From assembly GCA_049517415.1 (NCBI GenBank), contig JBEKSC010000006.1, positions 17,228 to 81,227 on the forward strand: a stretch of DNA of 64,000 nucleotides. The letters run 5' to 3'. Made by a program: the position numbers and the translations under genes. The DNA is from Candidatus Bathyarchaeia archaeon. Lineage in GTDB: Archaea; Thermoproteota; Bathyarchaeia; 40CM-2-53-6. The notes beneath the pieces are model-generated. The model ran no database searches, had not been told where the DNA came from, and was given only the letters and a program-made list of their open reading frames with translations. Shown here piece after piece: positions 20,420 to 31,013 of the stretch; positions within the stretch are counted from its first letter, which is position 1; the number at the start of each line of letters is the position of its first letter.

Positions 20420-21022
20420 GTGCTTAGCTTGCCCAGGATGAAGTCCATTCCAAGAAGCGGGTGGATTACACACGGAATATCATTGCAGGATGTTGAATCA
20501 GTTGCAGACCATTCATTTTCAACTTGTTCGCTCGCCCTCCTCATCTCAGATCTCGAAGCGCAGCGAGGAGAACATGTGAACATAGAGCGCGTGTTGCGAT
20601 TAGCCCTTCTACATGATTTGTCCGAATCCTTAACCTTCGACATTAGCAAGGCGTACTTAGAATACTTAGGTCCGAGCGGCGCGGCTATCAAAAGGGATCT
20701 GGACCACTCAGCTTGGAGGCACATAGTCGACGGCTTGCAGAATCCTAAGCTCCATCAAAGCTATTCAGCCCTTCAGAAAGAATTCGAAGCGGAAAAAACT
20801 TTTGAATCTAGAATTGTCCACGCCGCCGACAAGTTGGACATACTCCTCCAGATAATTGAATACCACCGCAGAGGCTACCCAGAATACATGTTAGCGGACC
20901 TATGGAGTGGAACGGTCAAGAAGCTCCGTTCCTGTAGGATCCAGTCGGCCGTAAAGATTCAAAGGATCCTAATCCGCGAAGCCAGAAAGAAGCGCACTCG
21001 AAAATATCACGGTCTCAAATGA
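20420..21022 (+). CDS. HD-domain hydrolase (YfbR/HDDC2-like 5'-deoxynucleotidase)
   Basis: PRSGW, ESVADHS, ALLHDLSES, VHAADKLD. Confidence 0.9.
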   Translation: MLSLPRMKSIPRSGWITHGISLQDVESVADHSFSTCSLALLISDLEAQRGEHVNIERVLRLALLHDLSESLTFDISKAYLEYLGPSGAAIKRDLDHSAWRHIVDGLQNPKLHQSYSALQKEFEAEKTFESRIVHAADKLDILLQIIEYHRRGYPEYMLADLWSGTVKKLRSCRIQSAVKIQRILIREARKKRTRKYHGLK

Positions 21023-21446
21023 TGTGAATGTAGTTAATGGGTAGCTGCACCACGCCTACTCCGTTCTCGTATATCCAAATGCCAAACTCCCCAGAACTTG
21101 GTTCTGCAACTAGGGACAACGCGTAGGGCGAGAATTGGTAGAAGCCCATGTGAGTTTGGAGGTCCGTCTGTGAGAGAAAGAGGCCGTGACCAGGATGAGA
21201 ATGGTACCATCCCACAATGCGTCCCTCTATTTTTCCTTCAACGATATCGCTTGCGACCTGTGCAAGGCGCTGGGGCGGAAAAACGCAGGAAACTTCATTT
21301 GTTTCGTTCCCTCCGGCTATGATGTCATTGACCCAAAGCGAATCGTCCTCTAAGGCTCCCATTAGCAGGCCTATTCGCTCGAAGGGCCGGTTCACGTCGC
21401 GTGCAATTCGCTCGATTACACGGTTCGTTATGAATACCTTAAACAA
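21015..21446 (-). CDS. JAB1/MPN/Mov34 metalloprotease
   Basis: ERIGLLMG and VGWYHSHPG...LSQTD (JAMM motif). Confidence 0.9.
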   Translation of the reverse strand: MFKVFITNRVIERIARDVNRPFERIGLLMGALEDDSLWVNDIIAGGNETNEVSCVFPPQRLAQVASDIVEGKIEGRIVGWYHSHPGHGLFLSQTDLQTHMGFYQFSPYALSLVAEPSSGEFGIWIYENGVGVVQLPINYIHII

Positions 21447-21668
21447 CTTTGGTCACGGAACTAAGGGCAACCTCGAGGGCGTCAAGATAAGATTTCAACC
21501 CTAAACTCCAAAGGATGCAGTCTTCCACGACGGCTTATTCACCATGAACCTGTCCATTAAAGACGCCTGTGTGCTGCTGACCTCTGTTCTAAACTGTGAA
21601 CGGCTTGTTCAAAAGCGCGGCATTAATGCGAGGGTGCTCATCATGCAGCTGAGTCAGAAAAGCAGGAG

Positions 21669-22409
21669 GTGCAATGCATGAGTGAAATTGTGAGTAGAAG
21701 GCTCTACTATTTGGCCGCTGTCGCTATGGTCGCGATTGTCCTCATCAGTGCGATAGCCCTTGTTCGGCCTCCAACCGTTCAAACTATCGGTCAAAACGCG
21801 ACTCCGAAGACGATTGAAGTTACTGGTACAGCAACCCTAAGTGCGCCGCCCGATGAGGCAATATTGGTTTTGGCCGTCCAAACACAAGCGACATCTGCGA
21901 CTCAAGCTGCTGCCGACAACGCGGCAACTATGGCAAATGTCTTCGCGGCCCTAACCAACCTGGGAATTGACAAGAACTCGATTGAAACAGTGTCATACAC
22001 GTTGTCACCGGTTTACGATCAAACGACCTCCTCTAAGGTTGTCGGGTATACCGCACGGAATGCGATTCAAATCACGTTGAAAGACTTCAGTTTGGTCGGC
22101 AAAGTGCTGGACGCCGCTGTCTCTGCCGGAGCAAACGAAGTGCAGGGAATCATGTTTACCCTCTCGAGCACGGCACTAACAACACTTCAGGAACAGGCAT
22201 TAGGACAAGCGCTTCAGGACGCAAATGGTCAAGCGCGAGCGATGGCTTCGAATCTAGGCGTCAGCATAGTCGGTCCAATATCAGTGTCGCCCGGCTACAG
22301 CTACCAACCAAACTCCTTAACCTTCAATGCCGCTTTACAACCAACACCGATACAACCAGGCACGTTACAAGTAACAGTCACAGTGCAAGTAACTTACCAA
22401 TTCGCGTAA
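21669..22409 (+). CDS. SIMPL (DUF541) domain protein
   Basis: IEVTGTA...PDEA, GYTARN, LDAAVSAGANEV, PIQPG...VTVQVTY, N-terminal TM. Confidence 0.92.
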   Translation: MQCMSEIVSRRLYYLAAVAMVAIVLISAIALVRPPTVQTIGQNATPKTIEVTGTATLSAPPDEAILVLAVQTQATSATQAAADNAATMANVFAALTNLGIDKNSIETVSYTLSPVYDQTTSSKVVGYTARNAIQITLKDFSLVGKVLDAAVSAGANEVQGIMFTLSSTALTTLQEQALGQALQDANGQARAMASNLGVSIVGPISVSPGYSYQPNSLTFNAALQPTPIQPGTLQVTVTVQVTYQFA

Positions 22410-22417
22410 GCCTAGAG

Positions 22418-23050
22418 CTAAAGGCCTAAGAAACGTGGCGTCACGTACGATTCAAAGTAGGCGGCGATGGCGAACAGAACTACCGACAACAATGAGAGCA
22501 ATAGCGTATCGCTAACTCCCTCCTTTAGAAGCGGCCGGTTCACGCTACGGCCGCTCAACTTTTCATATAACGACCGCGTAGTCGTAATGTGCCAGCGTGC
22601 AAGTCCAGCAAACTCCAGTATGAACGCCGGGATCTCGAAGACCCCATGAGGCGTTAAACCAGCGATCGTGTACATTGCACCTTTTGTGATATTAGTAAAA
22701 GAGATAACTGCACCTATCACGACAGCATTTGCAAGCAGTTCGTAACCCAAACTAAAGGCGCCGATGAAAGGGGCCCAAACCCATATTCTAAGAGGATTCC
22801 AGAAATGTCCGATGTTGTTTAGAAAAATCAAAAAGTAAAGGCCCTTCGTATAGGGTGGGGGTATTGCAACATAAGCCCTAGTCGAGCCGACTAGATCTTC
22901 GAGGCCTTTCATTAGTTCCGGAGATGTCAAGAGAACGGCGTATGCAATTACCGCCGTCAGAATGATTATTGCGAAGAACGTTATCGCGACCGCTGAGATC
23001 AAAAGCTTGTTTCGAACGAGGGCCCCGCGTATGGCTGCGGTAATTGACAT
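22418..23050 (-). CDS. SpoIIM (stage II sporulation protein M-like) membrane protein
   Basis: IFLNN, PHGVFEIPA, AAYFESYVTP. Start trimmed to avoid overlap. Confidence 0.85.
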   Translation of the reverse strand: MSITAAIRGALVRNKLLISAVAITFFAIIILTAVIAYAVLLTSPELMKGLEDLVGSTRAYVAIPPPYTKGLYFLIFLNNIGHFWNPLRIWVWAPFIGAFSLGYELLANAVVIGAVISFTNITKGAMYTIAGLTPHGVFEIPAFILEFAGLARWHITTTRSLYEKLSGRSVNRPLLKEGVSDTLLLSLLSVVLFAIAAYFESYVTPRFLGL

Positions 23051-23058
23051 TGAAGGCA

Positions 23059-23964
23059 CTAACTCGCTTGCTGCGTCCCGCAGTGAGGGCAGAACTTCGC
23101 GCTTTCCGGTACAGCCCCGCCACAAGTTACGCATTTTCTAGTTGGTGACTGAGGCCTCAGAAGGGCAAGAATCTGGTCTTCATATAGCGCTTGGTCTTGG
23201 AAATGTTGATTATAGTCTTTCAAAAGTGTGTAGAACCAATATATCCAAAAAAGCCCGCCCGTTATCGCGGTCAATATCATGAAAAGTAACGGGTCTCTCT
23301 TGTGAGGCCTAGACGGAGGAAGGGTTGAAGGTACGATGCCTGCCTCGTTTAGGGCTCCGAGCAGGGTTGTTTGGTAGTTGGCCTGAAGTTCCTCGTGTCT
23401 GCGCAAGTCCTGGGTAAGGTTGAAGGCCACAATCAGGCCGACAACTGGTGTCACAAACAGGTACAGTACAGACCAAAGACCGGCAGGCCGATCGCGCTCT
23501 TCTAATATTGATTCCTCCGACGATTGCCAGAGGCGGAAGGCATTTTCGTTCCCCGCTACGCTTGTCTTCGAAGTTAAGTATTTTTGAAGAGTCGAAAAGA
23601 GTCGTTGCTGTCTCCTGAAATGGCCGTTTCTTCTTTCAATCATGTAGTAGATAGCAAAAGCTCCAAACGCGAGTATGATGTAAAATGACACAATTGCGAA
23701 ACCGTATAGCGCAAGAATTTCGCTCGCAGCTGTAATGGCACCTTCAGGTTGCTGAAGGCTGCCAATTCTTGAGACAACCGAGACAAGGATTCCGATGAAT
23801 GAGACTGCAAGGCCAATCCCCATCAAAATCGGCAGTATGGGCACAACCATCCATAGGTAGCCCATCCTTCGGTCGGTCGAAGAACGCCTCCGTATCAATT
23901 CCTCTACCTGTTGAATCAGTAATTGGGGCTGTATTGGCGTCTTTATACCCCCAACCTTGACCAT
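23059..23964 (-). CDS. DUF4234-like membrane protein with C-terminal zinc ribbon
   Basis: LTAITGGLFWIYWFY and terminal CVTCG...FCPHCG. Start trimmed to ATG 23964. Confidence 0.75.
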   Translation of the reverse strand: MVKVGGIKTPIQPQLLIQQVEELIRRRSSTDRRMGYLWMVVPILPILMGIGLAVSFIGILVSVVSRIGSLQQPEGAITAASEILALYGFAIVSFYIILAFGAFAIYYMIERRNGHFRRQQRLFSTLQKYLTSKTSVAGNENAFRLWQSSEESILEERDRPAGLWSVLYLFVTPVVGLIVAFNLTQDLRRHEELQANYQTTLLGALNEAGIVPSTLPPSRPHKRDPLLFMILTAITGGLFWIYWFYTLLKDYNQHFQDQALYEDQILALLRPQSPTRKCVTCGGAVPESAKFCPHCGTQQAS

Positions 23965-24025
23965 AATACCTCTAGGGATAATCTCATAATGCTCATCGAT
24001 AGTATTCTTGGTGAGGTTTAAGTCA

Positions 24026-24262
24026 TTGCCAAAGGCTTTCGTCTTCATGAATATTGACGCTGGCTCAGAGAATGAGATTTTAAAAGACCTACGTCAAGTT
24101 CCCGAGGTTAAAGAGTCCTATTTCGTATACGGCGTCTACGACATAGTGGCAAAGATTGAAACAGATACAATGGATCGCCTGAAAGAAGTCATCACCTGGA
24201 AAGTCCGCAGGCTGGACAAGATTCGGTCCACCCTAACTACCATTGTCAGCGAAGGCAAATAG
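24026..24262 (+). CDS. stand-alone Lrp/AsnC ligand-binding domain protein
   Basis: PKAFVFMN...VYGVYDIVAKIE...IRSTLT. Confidence 0.92.
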   Translation: MPKAFVFMNIDAGSENEILKDLRQVPEVKESYFVYGVYDIVAKIETDTMDRLKEVITWKVRRLDKIRSTLTTIVSEGK

Positions 24263-24309
24263 TAATTCCGAGTTCCGCCTCGAACCGATTCTAGGCGGAG
24301 GGCTTAGAG

Positions 24310-25467
24310 TCAGCGGTAGGGGAGGAACTCTTTGCCAAGCAATTCGCGGGCGACAACGATTTTGTTAATGTCCGTCGTTCCGTCCCCGATCATTGCTCCA
24401 CGTATTTCTCTCAATCTGTATTCGTCCAGGCATTGAGTCGTGAAGCCGATTGCGCCTCGATTTTGAAGGCAGTCGTTTACGATTTCGAAGCATAGTTCCG
24501 GCACGTACCATTTGATCATAGCTGAGTACTTCGTTATCTTCTCACCTTTGTCTTTAGACCAAAGCGTCTTGTAACAGAGCAGCCTGGCGGCTTCGAGCCT
24601 CGTGTAACCTTCAACAATTCGGGATTGGACTGATTCATATTTCCCGATAGGTCGTCCAAAGGCTGTACGTTGCTTCACGTAATCGATATTTTCGTCTAGG
24701 GCCGCTTCGGCCATGCCAACGCACCATACTGCTATTAGCGATCGCATGAGGTCGAAAGTTTCCATCACGTAATAGAATCCTTTTCCTTCCTCCCCAATCA
24801 AGTTGGCAACTGGAATCGTCACGTCCTTCAACACGAAACCTCCGAAGGAGAACAACTTCCACCCAAGTGCATCGAGGTCATACCTTTCTATTCCCGACCT
24901 GTCCATCTCAACGAAAAACATGCTAACGCCCTTTGCTCCACCCTCTGGGTCCGTCTTAGCGAGAACACAATACGCTCCACATTCGTTTATGCCAGTGATG
25001 CATTGCTTCTCGCCATTAAGCACATAGTTATCCCCTTTCCGAATTGCACGCGTAGTAATGGAAGCAGCATCCGACCCCGCGGAGGGTTCCGTGTTCGCGA
25101 TTCCAAGCAATCTTTCACCCTTCGCCATCGCCGGCAGCCACTCCCGTTTCAAGTTCTCCGGCCCATGCAACGATAGAATCTCCCCCATGATATCGCCTAG
25201 CGGAATCTGCCATCCTGCACGCGCGATTTCCTCGACGAGAATTCCCATAGTGACTGCGTCAGCTTCCTGGCCGCCGAACTGCTTGGGGAACCTCAAACCC
25301 AAGAGGCCATTCTGGCCCATTTTACGGTAGAGTTCCCAAGGGAATTCGCCCTTTCGTTCCGCGTCTCTAATTTTCGGTGCGACTTCCTTCTTGGCAAATT
25401 CTCGAACAGTTCTACGGAAAAGTTCCTGCTCTTCGCTAAAACCAAAATCGAGAGGCATTTCACTCAC
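24310..25467 (-). CDS. acyl-CoA dehydrogenase
   Basis: TEPSAGSD, LNGEKQCIT, QRTAFGRPI, IGDGTTDI. Confidence 0.95.
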   Translation of the reverse strand: MSEMPLDFGFSEEQELFRRTVREFAKKEVAPKIRDAERKGEFPWELYRKMGQNGLLGLRFPKQFGGQEADAVTMGILVEEIARAGWQIPLGDIMGEILSLHGPENLKREWLPAMAKGERLLGIANTEPSAGSDAASITTRAIRKGDNYVLNGEKQCITGINECGAYCVLAKTDPEGGAKGVSMFFVEMDRSGIERYDLDALGWKLFSFGGFVLKDVTIPVANLIGEEGKGFYYVMETFDLMRSLIAVWCVGMAEAALDENIDYVKQRTAFGRPIGKYESVQSRIVEGYTRLEAARLLCYKTLWSKDKGEKITKYSAMIKWYVPELCFEIVNDCLQNRGAIGFTTQCLDEYRLREIRGAMIGDGTTDINKIVVARELLGKEFLPYR

Positions 25468-25696
25468 GGTTTTAGTTCCGGTTTACCATGCGTTGGGCTC
25501 TTAAGGTTGACTAGCAAACCAGTGAGCTCAAAGAGTTCACCTTCAGACGGCGCGAGGCCGTTCCCCTCGGTGGGGTCAACCGTTCACTAACTTTTCAGAC
25601 CGTCTTGTTCTTGAATCATGGACTTGAAAAGTATTAGCTTAATTGGTTAGTTACGGGGTAGATTTATAACGAAAGAGAACGTGTTCGTTCTCGCTC

Positions 25697-26104
25697 GTGC
25701 GAGAGGTCCGAATTTTGGACGAGCTTGAGCAAATACGCGAAAAGAAATTACGTGAGCTGGTTGGGCGGATGTCAACACCGAGCATAGACAAACCGATTGT
25801 TATCAGTGATAGGAACTTTGAGCAAACGGTCAAGAATTACCCTCTAATTGTAGTTGATTGCTGGGCGGCCTGGTGTGCTCCGTGCCGCGCAATCGCACCC
25901 GTGGTGGAGGAGCTTGCGAAGGAGTACAGCGGGAAGGTCGTGTTTGGAAAGCTGAATGTTGACGACAACCCAGAGACTGCTGAAAAGTTTGGCATTAGGG
26001 CGATACCCACACTGCTTGTGATGAAGAATGGCAGTGAAGTGGACCGCATAGTTGGCGTACTACCTAAGAACCAACTTGAAGCGCGGATAGGGTCAGTTGC
26101 TTAG
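25697..26104 (+). CDS. trxA: thioredoxin
   Basis: WCAPC active site, IPT cis-Pro loop. Confidence 0.95.
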   Translation: MREVRILDELEQIREKKLRELVGRMSTPSIDKPIVISDRNFEQTVKNYPLIVVDCWAAWCAPCRAIAPVVEELAKEYSGKVVFGKLNVDDNPETAEKFGIRAIPTLLVMKNGSEVDRIVGVLPKNQLEARIGSVA

Positions 26105-26221
26105 AGTTAACTCAAAACGAAATCTGTTACAATTCGTTCCGCGCCACGCTCATTTGCTGGCGTGTCACCCAAAGCGCATCTTAAGAACAGCCATTCAAAG
26201 TAATACGTTAAGGTGGCTTAG

Positions 26222-26746
26222 GTGGGAATATACGAATTTGAAGGGCGTATTCCAACAATAGCATCCAACGCGTACGTCGACGAAGACGCAAAAGTTCTAG
26301 GCGATGTTACAATAGGGCCGCAATGCTACATTGGTCCAGGCGCTAGAATCAGGGGAGATTACGGGACGATTACAATAGGTGAAAAAACGAGCATACAAGA
26401 AAACTGTGTCCTCCACGCAAGGATCAATGAAAAATGTGAAGTCGGCAACCACGTTCAAATCGGGCACGGGGCGCTTCTTCACAACTGCACAATCAAGGAC
26501 TATGCTGTGATTGGCGTTGGCGCAATCGTCAGCGATTACGGGACAGTTGGAGTCTGGAGCATCATAGGTGAGGGGGCAGTAGTGGCTAGCCATCAAACGA
26601 TTCCTGACGGTAAAGTTGCCGTCGGGGTTCCCGCGAAAGTTATTCGAGACGTTGTAGACGCCGATAAACAACTTTGGACTAAGTACAAGGAAGCGTACGC
26701 TGACCTGGCATTGCGTTATCCTAAAGGCCTGAGGCGTATAAAGTAG
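26222..26746 (+). CDS. gamma-carbonic anhydrase family (left-handed beta-helix) protein
   Basis: Hexapeptide repeats, RGD, QENCVLH, GHGALLH, GVPAK. Confidence 0.93.
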   Translation: MGIYEFEGRIPTIASNAYVDEDAKVLGDVTIGPQCYIGPGARIRGDYGTITIGEKTSIQENCVLHARINEKCEVGNHVQIGHGALLHNCTIKDYAVIGVGAIVSDYGTVGVWSIIGEGAVVASHQTIPDGKVAVGVPAKVIRDVVDADKQLWTKYKEAYADLALRYPKGLRRIK

Positions 26747-26777
26747 AAACGAATCAGGTCTTCGGCAATCTTAATGT

Positions 26778-28346
26778 TTGAATTCCAGCAAGACATCCCG
26801 ATGGGCGATGCCCAAAGATCTAATAGCGGTTCTTGATTTCGGAGGCCAATATTCTCACCTCATCGCTCGCCGAGTAAGAGAATGTGAAGTCTATTCAGAA
26901 CTACTGCCATACACAATGACATCGCAAGATATCCTGAAACTGAAAACGAATGGTATTATTCTCTCCGGCGGTCCAGCCAGCGTATACGACGAGAATGCTC
27001 CCAAATGTGACCCCGAGATTTTTCGGTTAGGGATACCTGTACTGGGGATCTGCTACGGCCTGCAGGTCATGGTTCAAATGTTGGGCGGTCGCGTGAAGGC
27101 GACAGAGCGCCGAGAATATGGAAAAACACAGCTGAACATAATTGACCACTCGGATCTGTTCCAAGGAATCAACAGCCCCATCGCTTCATGGATGAGCCAC
27201 GGGGATTATGCAGAAACTCTACCCGACGGCTTCGAGGTTATGGCCAGCTCAGAGAATTGCAAAACTGCCGCCATACGGAATCCCTCACGCCGATTATACG
27301 GGGTGCAGTTTCATCCGGAGGTCGCACACACAGAGAAGGGCTTGGAAATCATAAGGAATTTTGCGACGAAAATAAGCTCTTGTTCCCAGAGCTGGAATCC
27401 AAAGTCGATAATCGAAACCGCAGTCCAACAAATTCGCTCCGAAGTTGGCGATGCCGACGTCCTATCGGCTGTAAGCGGAGGAGTCGACTCAACAACTACC
27501 GCAGTTCTAGTACAGAGGGCCGTCGGCAAACGGCTAACGAGTATTTTCGTAAATCACGGCCTCTTGAGGAAAGATGAGGAGAAGGTAGTCCTAAGGGCTT
27601 TGCGGGACAGACTCAAACTCGATGTACGCTATGTGGACGCTTCTGAAAGATTTCTCAAACGCCTCCAAGGTGTGGCTGACCCTGAACAGAAGCGGAAGAT
27701 TATTGGTGAAGAATTCATCAAAGTCTTCGACGAAGAGAGTTCGAAAATCGGGACCTTTCAGTGGCTAGTTCAAGGAACGCTCTACCCAGATGTCATTGAA
27801 AGCGCGGGGACTGGTAGCATCGCGTCTCGGATCAAAACTCATCACAATGTTGGGGGGATTCCAGAGTGGTCGAGGTTTAGGATTCTTGAACCGCTAAAGT
27901 TTCTGTACAAGGACGAAGTTCGCAAGATTGCACGAGAACTTGGTCTCCCTGAGGCGATTGTGAAAACACACCCATTCCCAGGTCCTGGTCTAGCGGTTCG
28001 GATTGTTGGAGATGTGACGGAGGAGAAGATTCGCATCTGTAGAAACGCTAGCGCAATAGTGGAGGAAGTCGTAGCCAGCCATGGCCTTTACGACTCAGTC
28101 TGGCAAGCATTCGCTATCGTAGGCGATGATCTAGTAGTCGGAGTGCTTGGCGATCAACGCCAATTAGGGCATGTTGTAACTGTCCGTATCGTCGAATCAT
28201 CGGACGGTATGACCGCAGACTGGGCTAGAATTTCGTCTGATGTCATGGAGGAGCTCAGCAGCCGAATTACGGGGGAAGTGCCTGGCGTAACCTGGGTGAC
28301 ATACGCTATAACCTCGAAACCGCCCTCCACGATTGAGCCGGGGTAA
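26778..28346 (+). CDS. guaA: GMP synthase (glutamine-hydrolysing), fused GATase + ATPPase
   Basis: LDFGGQY, GICYG, QFHPEV, SGGVDS, IKTHHNVGG, PFPGPGL, KPPSTIE. Confidence 0.97.
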   Translation: MNSSKTSRWAMPKDLIAVLDFGGQYSHLIARRVRECEVYSELLPYTMTSQDILKLKTNGIILSGGPASVYDENAPKCDPEIFRLGIPVLGICYGLQVMVQMLGGRVKATERREYGKTQLNIIDHSDLFQGINSPIASWMSHGDYAETLPDGFEVMASSENCKTAAIRNPSRRLYGVQFHPEVAHTEKGLEIIRNFATKISSCSQSWNPKSIIETAVQQIRSEVGDADVLSAVSGGVDSTTTAVLVQRAVGKRLTSIFVNHGLLRKDEEKVVLRALRDRLKLDVRYVDASERFLKRLQGVADPEQKRKIIGEEFIKVFDEESSKIGTFQWLVQGTLYPDVIESAGTGSIASRIKTHHNVGGIPEWSRFRILEPLKFLYKDEVRKIARELGLPEAIVKTHPFPGPGLAVRIVGDVTEEKIRICRNASAIVEEVVASHGLYDSVWQAFAIVGDDLVVGVLGDQRQLGHVVTVRIVESSDGMTADWARISSDVMEELSSRITGEVPGVTWVTYAITSKPPSTIEPG

Positions 28347-28433
28347 GGATTAGGAAATCTGGTGAATACACATAGGCCTCGCTCAGGTCTTGAGCGCAGA
28401 AAAAGAATCGGCGAAAAAGTTACGGTTTGTTGA

Positions 28434-28781
28434 TTACTTTGGTTTGAATGAGTGACCGCAACCACAGGTCTCGGTTGCATTCGGGTTGTTTACCCTGAAG
28501 CCCTCACCCATGACTGATTCAACATAGTCGACTTCAGATCCATCCACGTATTGCGCACTTTGTTCGTCAACTAGAAGTTTTACTCCGTGAGCTTCAATGA
28601 CATTGTCGCCGTCGGTCTGGTTGTCGAAGGCCAAACCGTACTGGAAGCCGCTGCAGCCACCGCCCGAAACATAGAGGCGCAGCCCGACGTTCTCTTTGCC
28701 TTGCTTCTCCATCGCCGCTTTGACTTTCTCAGCAGCCTTCTCAGTCAACGTAATCTTCATGGTGGTTGGGGAGTGTAGCAT
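28434..28781 (-). CDS. HesB/IscA/ErpA Fe-S carrier protein
   Basis: GGGCSGFQY and NPNA...CGCGHSF. Confidence 0.95.
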   Translation of the reverse strand: MLHSPTTMKITLTEKAAEKVKAAMEKQGKENVGLRLYVSGGGCSGFQYGLAFDNQTDGDNVIEAHGVKLLVDEQSAQYVDGSEVDYVESVMGEGFRVNNPNATETCGCGHSFKPK

Positions 28782-28910
28782 TCTAATGCACTATATTGCG
28801 GATATTACGTATGGATTATTTAAGTTTAGGTCACTGAAAAACAACCCAAACGCATAACAAACGCCCCATATCCAAAGTGGATGTAGGCGCTTTTCTGGAG
28901 GTTTACCTTA

Positions 28911-30047
28911 TTGACGCAGAGCCTCGGCATGGTTTACAGCGACGCCTTCCAGCAGTACAATTTTGGGCCGACTCATCCATTGAAACCTACTAGACTGAAG
29001 TTGACCTTCGAGCTGATGAGTTCAGTCAAGTTACTTGCTTCGCCAAACGTGGTGATTTGCGAACCACGTGAGGCGAGCTCTGATGAACTTATGCTCTTCC
29101 ATGATGAAGATTATGTCAACCTAATCCATGAAGTTAGCAAGACGGGCGAAGGCTTTCTCGATTTAGGGGACACTCCCGTCTTCAAAGGTTGCTATGAGGC
29201 GTCAGCACTCGCGGTCGGCGCGTCTCTGAAGGCGGTTGATATGGTAATGTCCGGTCAGGTAACTCATGCCATGAACATTTCTGGTGGGCTACACCATGCT
29301 CATCCAAGCCACGCTTCAGGTTTCTGTATCTTTAACGACCCAGCTATCTCGATCGCCTACCTGAAGAAAAAATACTCCCTGCAGAAGATCCTCTACTTGG
29401 ACGTGGATGCGCATCATGGAGATGGAGTAATGTATGGTTTCTATTCAGACGCTGGGGTCTTGGACATAGACTTCCACGAAGACGGCCACCATCTTTTTCC
29501 TGGTACTGGCTTCACGGACGAAATAGGGGAAGGTAATGCCTCCGGACTTAAGATCAATATACCATTGTCCCCCTTAACGGGCGACGAGCCGTACATGGAG
29601 CTGTTCCGGGAGATCGTTCCCGCCGCAGTAAGGAAGTATAAGCCGAAAATCCTGCTACTCCAATGCGGAGCGGACGCGCACGCAAACGACCTACTTGCTC
29701 ACTTGCAGCTCACCACCAAGTCGTACGGAGAAGTCGGGAAGATCGTTCATGAATTAGCTCATGAGGTTGCTGGCGGCCGCCTCGTAGTTTTTGGCGGCGG
29801 CGGATACAATATAGCCAATGTTGCGAGAACGTGGACGGTTGTTGCTTCTGCTCTGATTGGGTACGCGCTCCCGAAAGAGGCCCCAACGGTCTGGCAGAAG
29901 ATGTTTGAAGCTCTAGTCGGAGAAGAGGCTCCAGAATGTATCAGCAGTGAGGGGGAAGCGAAGCATGCACTTCCGTCCGACGTAATGCAGAATCAACAAG
30001 CCGAGATTCTAAAGGACCTGAAACGAAGAATATCCTATCTATCGTAG
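28911..30047 (+). CDS. AcuC/histone deacetylase family protein
   Basis: HPLKP, GGLHHA, SGFCIFND, DVDAHHGDG, FPGTG, GGGGY. Confidence 0.95.
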   Translation: MTQSLGMVYSDAFQQYNFGPTHPLKPTRLKLTFELMSSVKLLASPNVVICEPREASSDELMLFHDEDYVNLIHEVSKTGEGFLDLGDTPVFKGCYEASALAVGASLKAVDMVMSGQVTHAMNISGGLHHAHPSHASGFCIFNDPAISIAYLKKKYSLQKILYLDVDAHHGDGVMYGFYSDAGVLDIDFHEDGHHLFPGTGFTDEIGEGNASGLKINIPLSPLTGDEPYMELFREIVPAAVRKYKPKILLLQCGADAHANDLLAHLQLTTKSYGEVGKIVHELAHEVAGGRLVVFGGGGYNIANVARTWTVVASALIGYALPKEAPTVWQKMFEALVGEEAPECISSEGEAKHALPSDVMQNQQAEILKDLKRRISYLS

Positions 30048-30068
30048 CCTTTCAAAGCGAGAAGAGTT

Positions 30069-30947
30069 TCAGGCGTTCTCTGCTATTGATTCCTGCGGCT
30101 TCAGGACTCCTGTGAGGAGGTCTTTTTGAACTCGCAGATAGTCCTCGGGTGTCCCAACGTCCGCCCAGTAGCCCTCATGCTTGTAACCGAAGATTGTGCC
30201 TTCCCGCGTGAGCTTAGGAAACACATCTAACTCGAGCGAGGTTCGCCTTCCCTTTGGAATCTTGGCGAAGACGGACGGGCGAATCACGTAGACGCCAGCA
30301 TTTACCCAAACTTCACCAGTTGTTTGTTTCCGCGGTTTCTCAACGAAGCTTACAACTCTGTTATCGTTATCGAGTTCTACGGCGCCGAACCTTGTCGGTG
30401 TCTTCGTCTTCGCTAAAACAACTGTGGCAAGCGAGTTAGATTTCTTGTGAGCGTATATTAATTTGTCAAGGTCGAGTCCTGAAAAAATCACGTCGCCATT
30501 GAGGGCGAGGAAATCGGAGTTTATCAACTGCTCAGCATTCTTGATAGCGCCTCCTGTGTCCAGGGGTTCTTTCTCGAAGCTGAAACGCAATCGTATCCCA
30601 AGCCGGTGCTCGTCCAAGTAGCGCACAATTTGTTCCTGAAGGTAGCCTACTGCCAGTACAATCCTATCAAATTCGTATCGTTTCAGGTACTCAATTTGGT
30701 ACTCAATCAATGCTTGGTATCCTATCGGCAGAAGAGCTTTGGGTGTCGAGAAGGAGGTTGGCCTGACTCGAGTTTCAAGCCCACCGCACAGGATTAATGC
30801 TGTCCTTTCCGGGCGAAATTGTTCCATTCCAAGTTTCAAAAGAAATTCTGCTGTCTGGGATCGGTTGGTAAAGCGTGCACCGTCCACAAGTAAGTCCACT
30901 TTATGCATGAGCAATGGGTCTATGGTCATACTGAAACGGCGTTTCAT
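30069..30947 (-). CDS. ribbon-helix-helix domain fused to NDP-sugar nucleotidyltransferase domain
   Basis: N-terminal RFSMTID...VD...NRSQTAEFLL (RHH), then LCGGLETR...PKALL, EPLDTGGA, NGD, EKP, NAGVY, WADVGTPEDY. Confidence 0.85.
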   Translation of the reverse strand: MKRRFSMTIDPLLMHKVDLLVDGARFTNRSQTAEFLLKLGMEQFRPERTALILCGGLETRVRPTSFSTPKALLPIGYQALIEYQIEYLKRYEFDRIVLAVGYLQEQIVRYLDEHRLGIRLRFSFEKEPLDTGGAIKNAEQLINSDFLALNGDVIFSGLDLDKLIYAHKKSNSLATVVLAKTKTPTRFGAVELDNDNRVVSFVEKPRKQTTGEVWVNAGVYVIRPSVFAKIPKGRRTSLELDVFPKLTREGTIFGYKHEGYWADVGTPEDYLRVQKDLLTGVLKPQESIAENA

Positions 30948-30956
30948 GGCTAACTA

Positions 30957-30986
30957 GTAATACACCATATCCTTTAACTGTATTAC
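30957..30986. promoter_or_regulatory. GTAATAC-N16-GTATTAC candidate operator flanking a TATA-like element
   Basis: GTAATACA...TGTATTAC perfect inverted repeat around CCTTTAA, between divergent genes. Confidence 0.65.
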
Positions 30987-31013
30987 GGTCAATTCGTACT
31001 CGGTTTATGTTCA

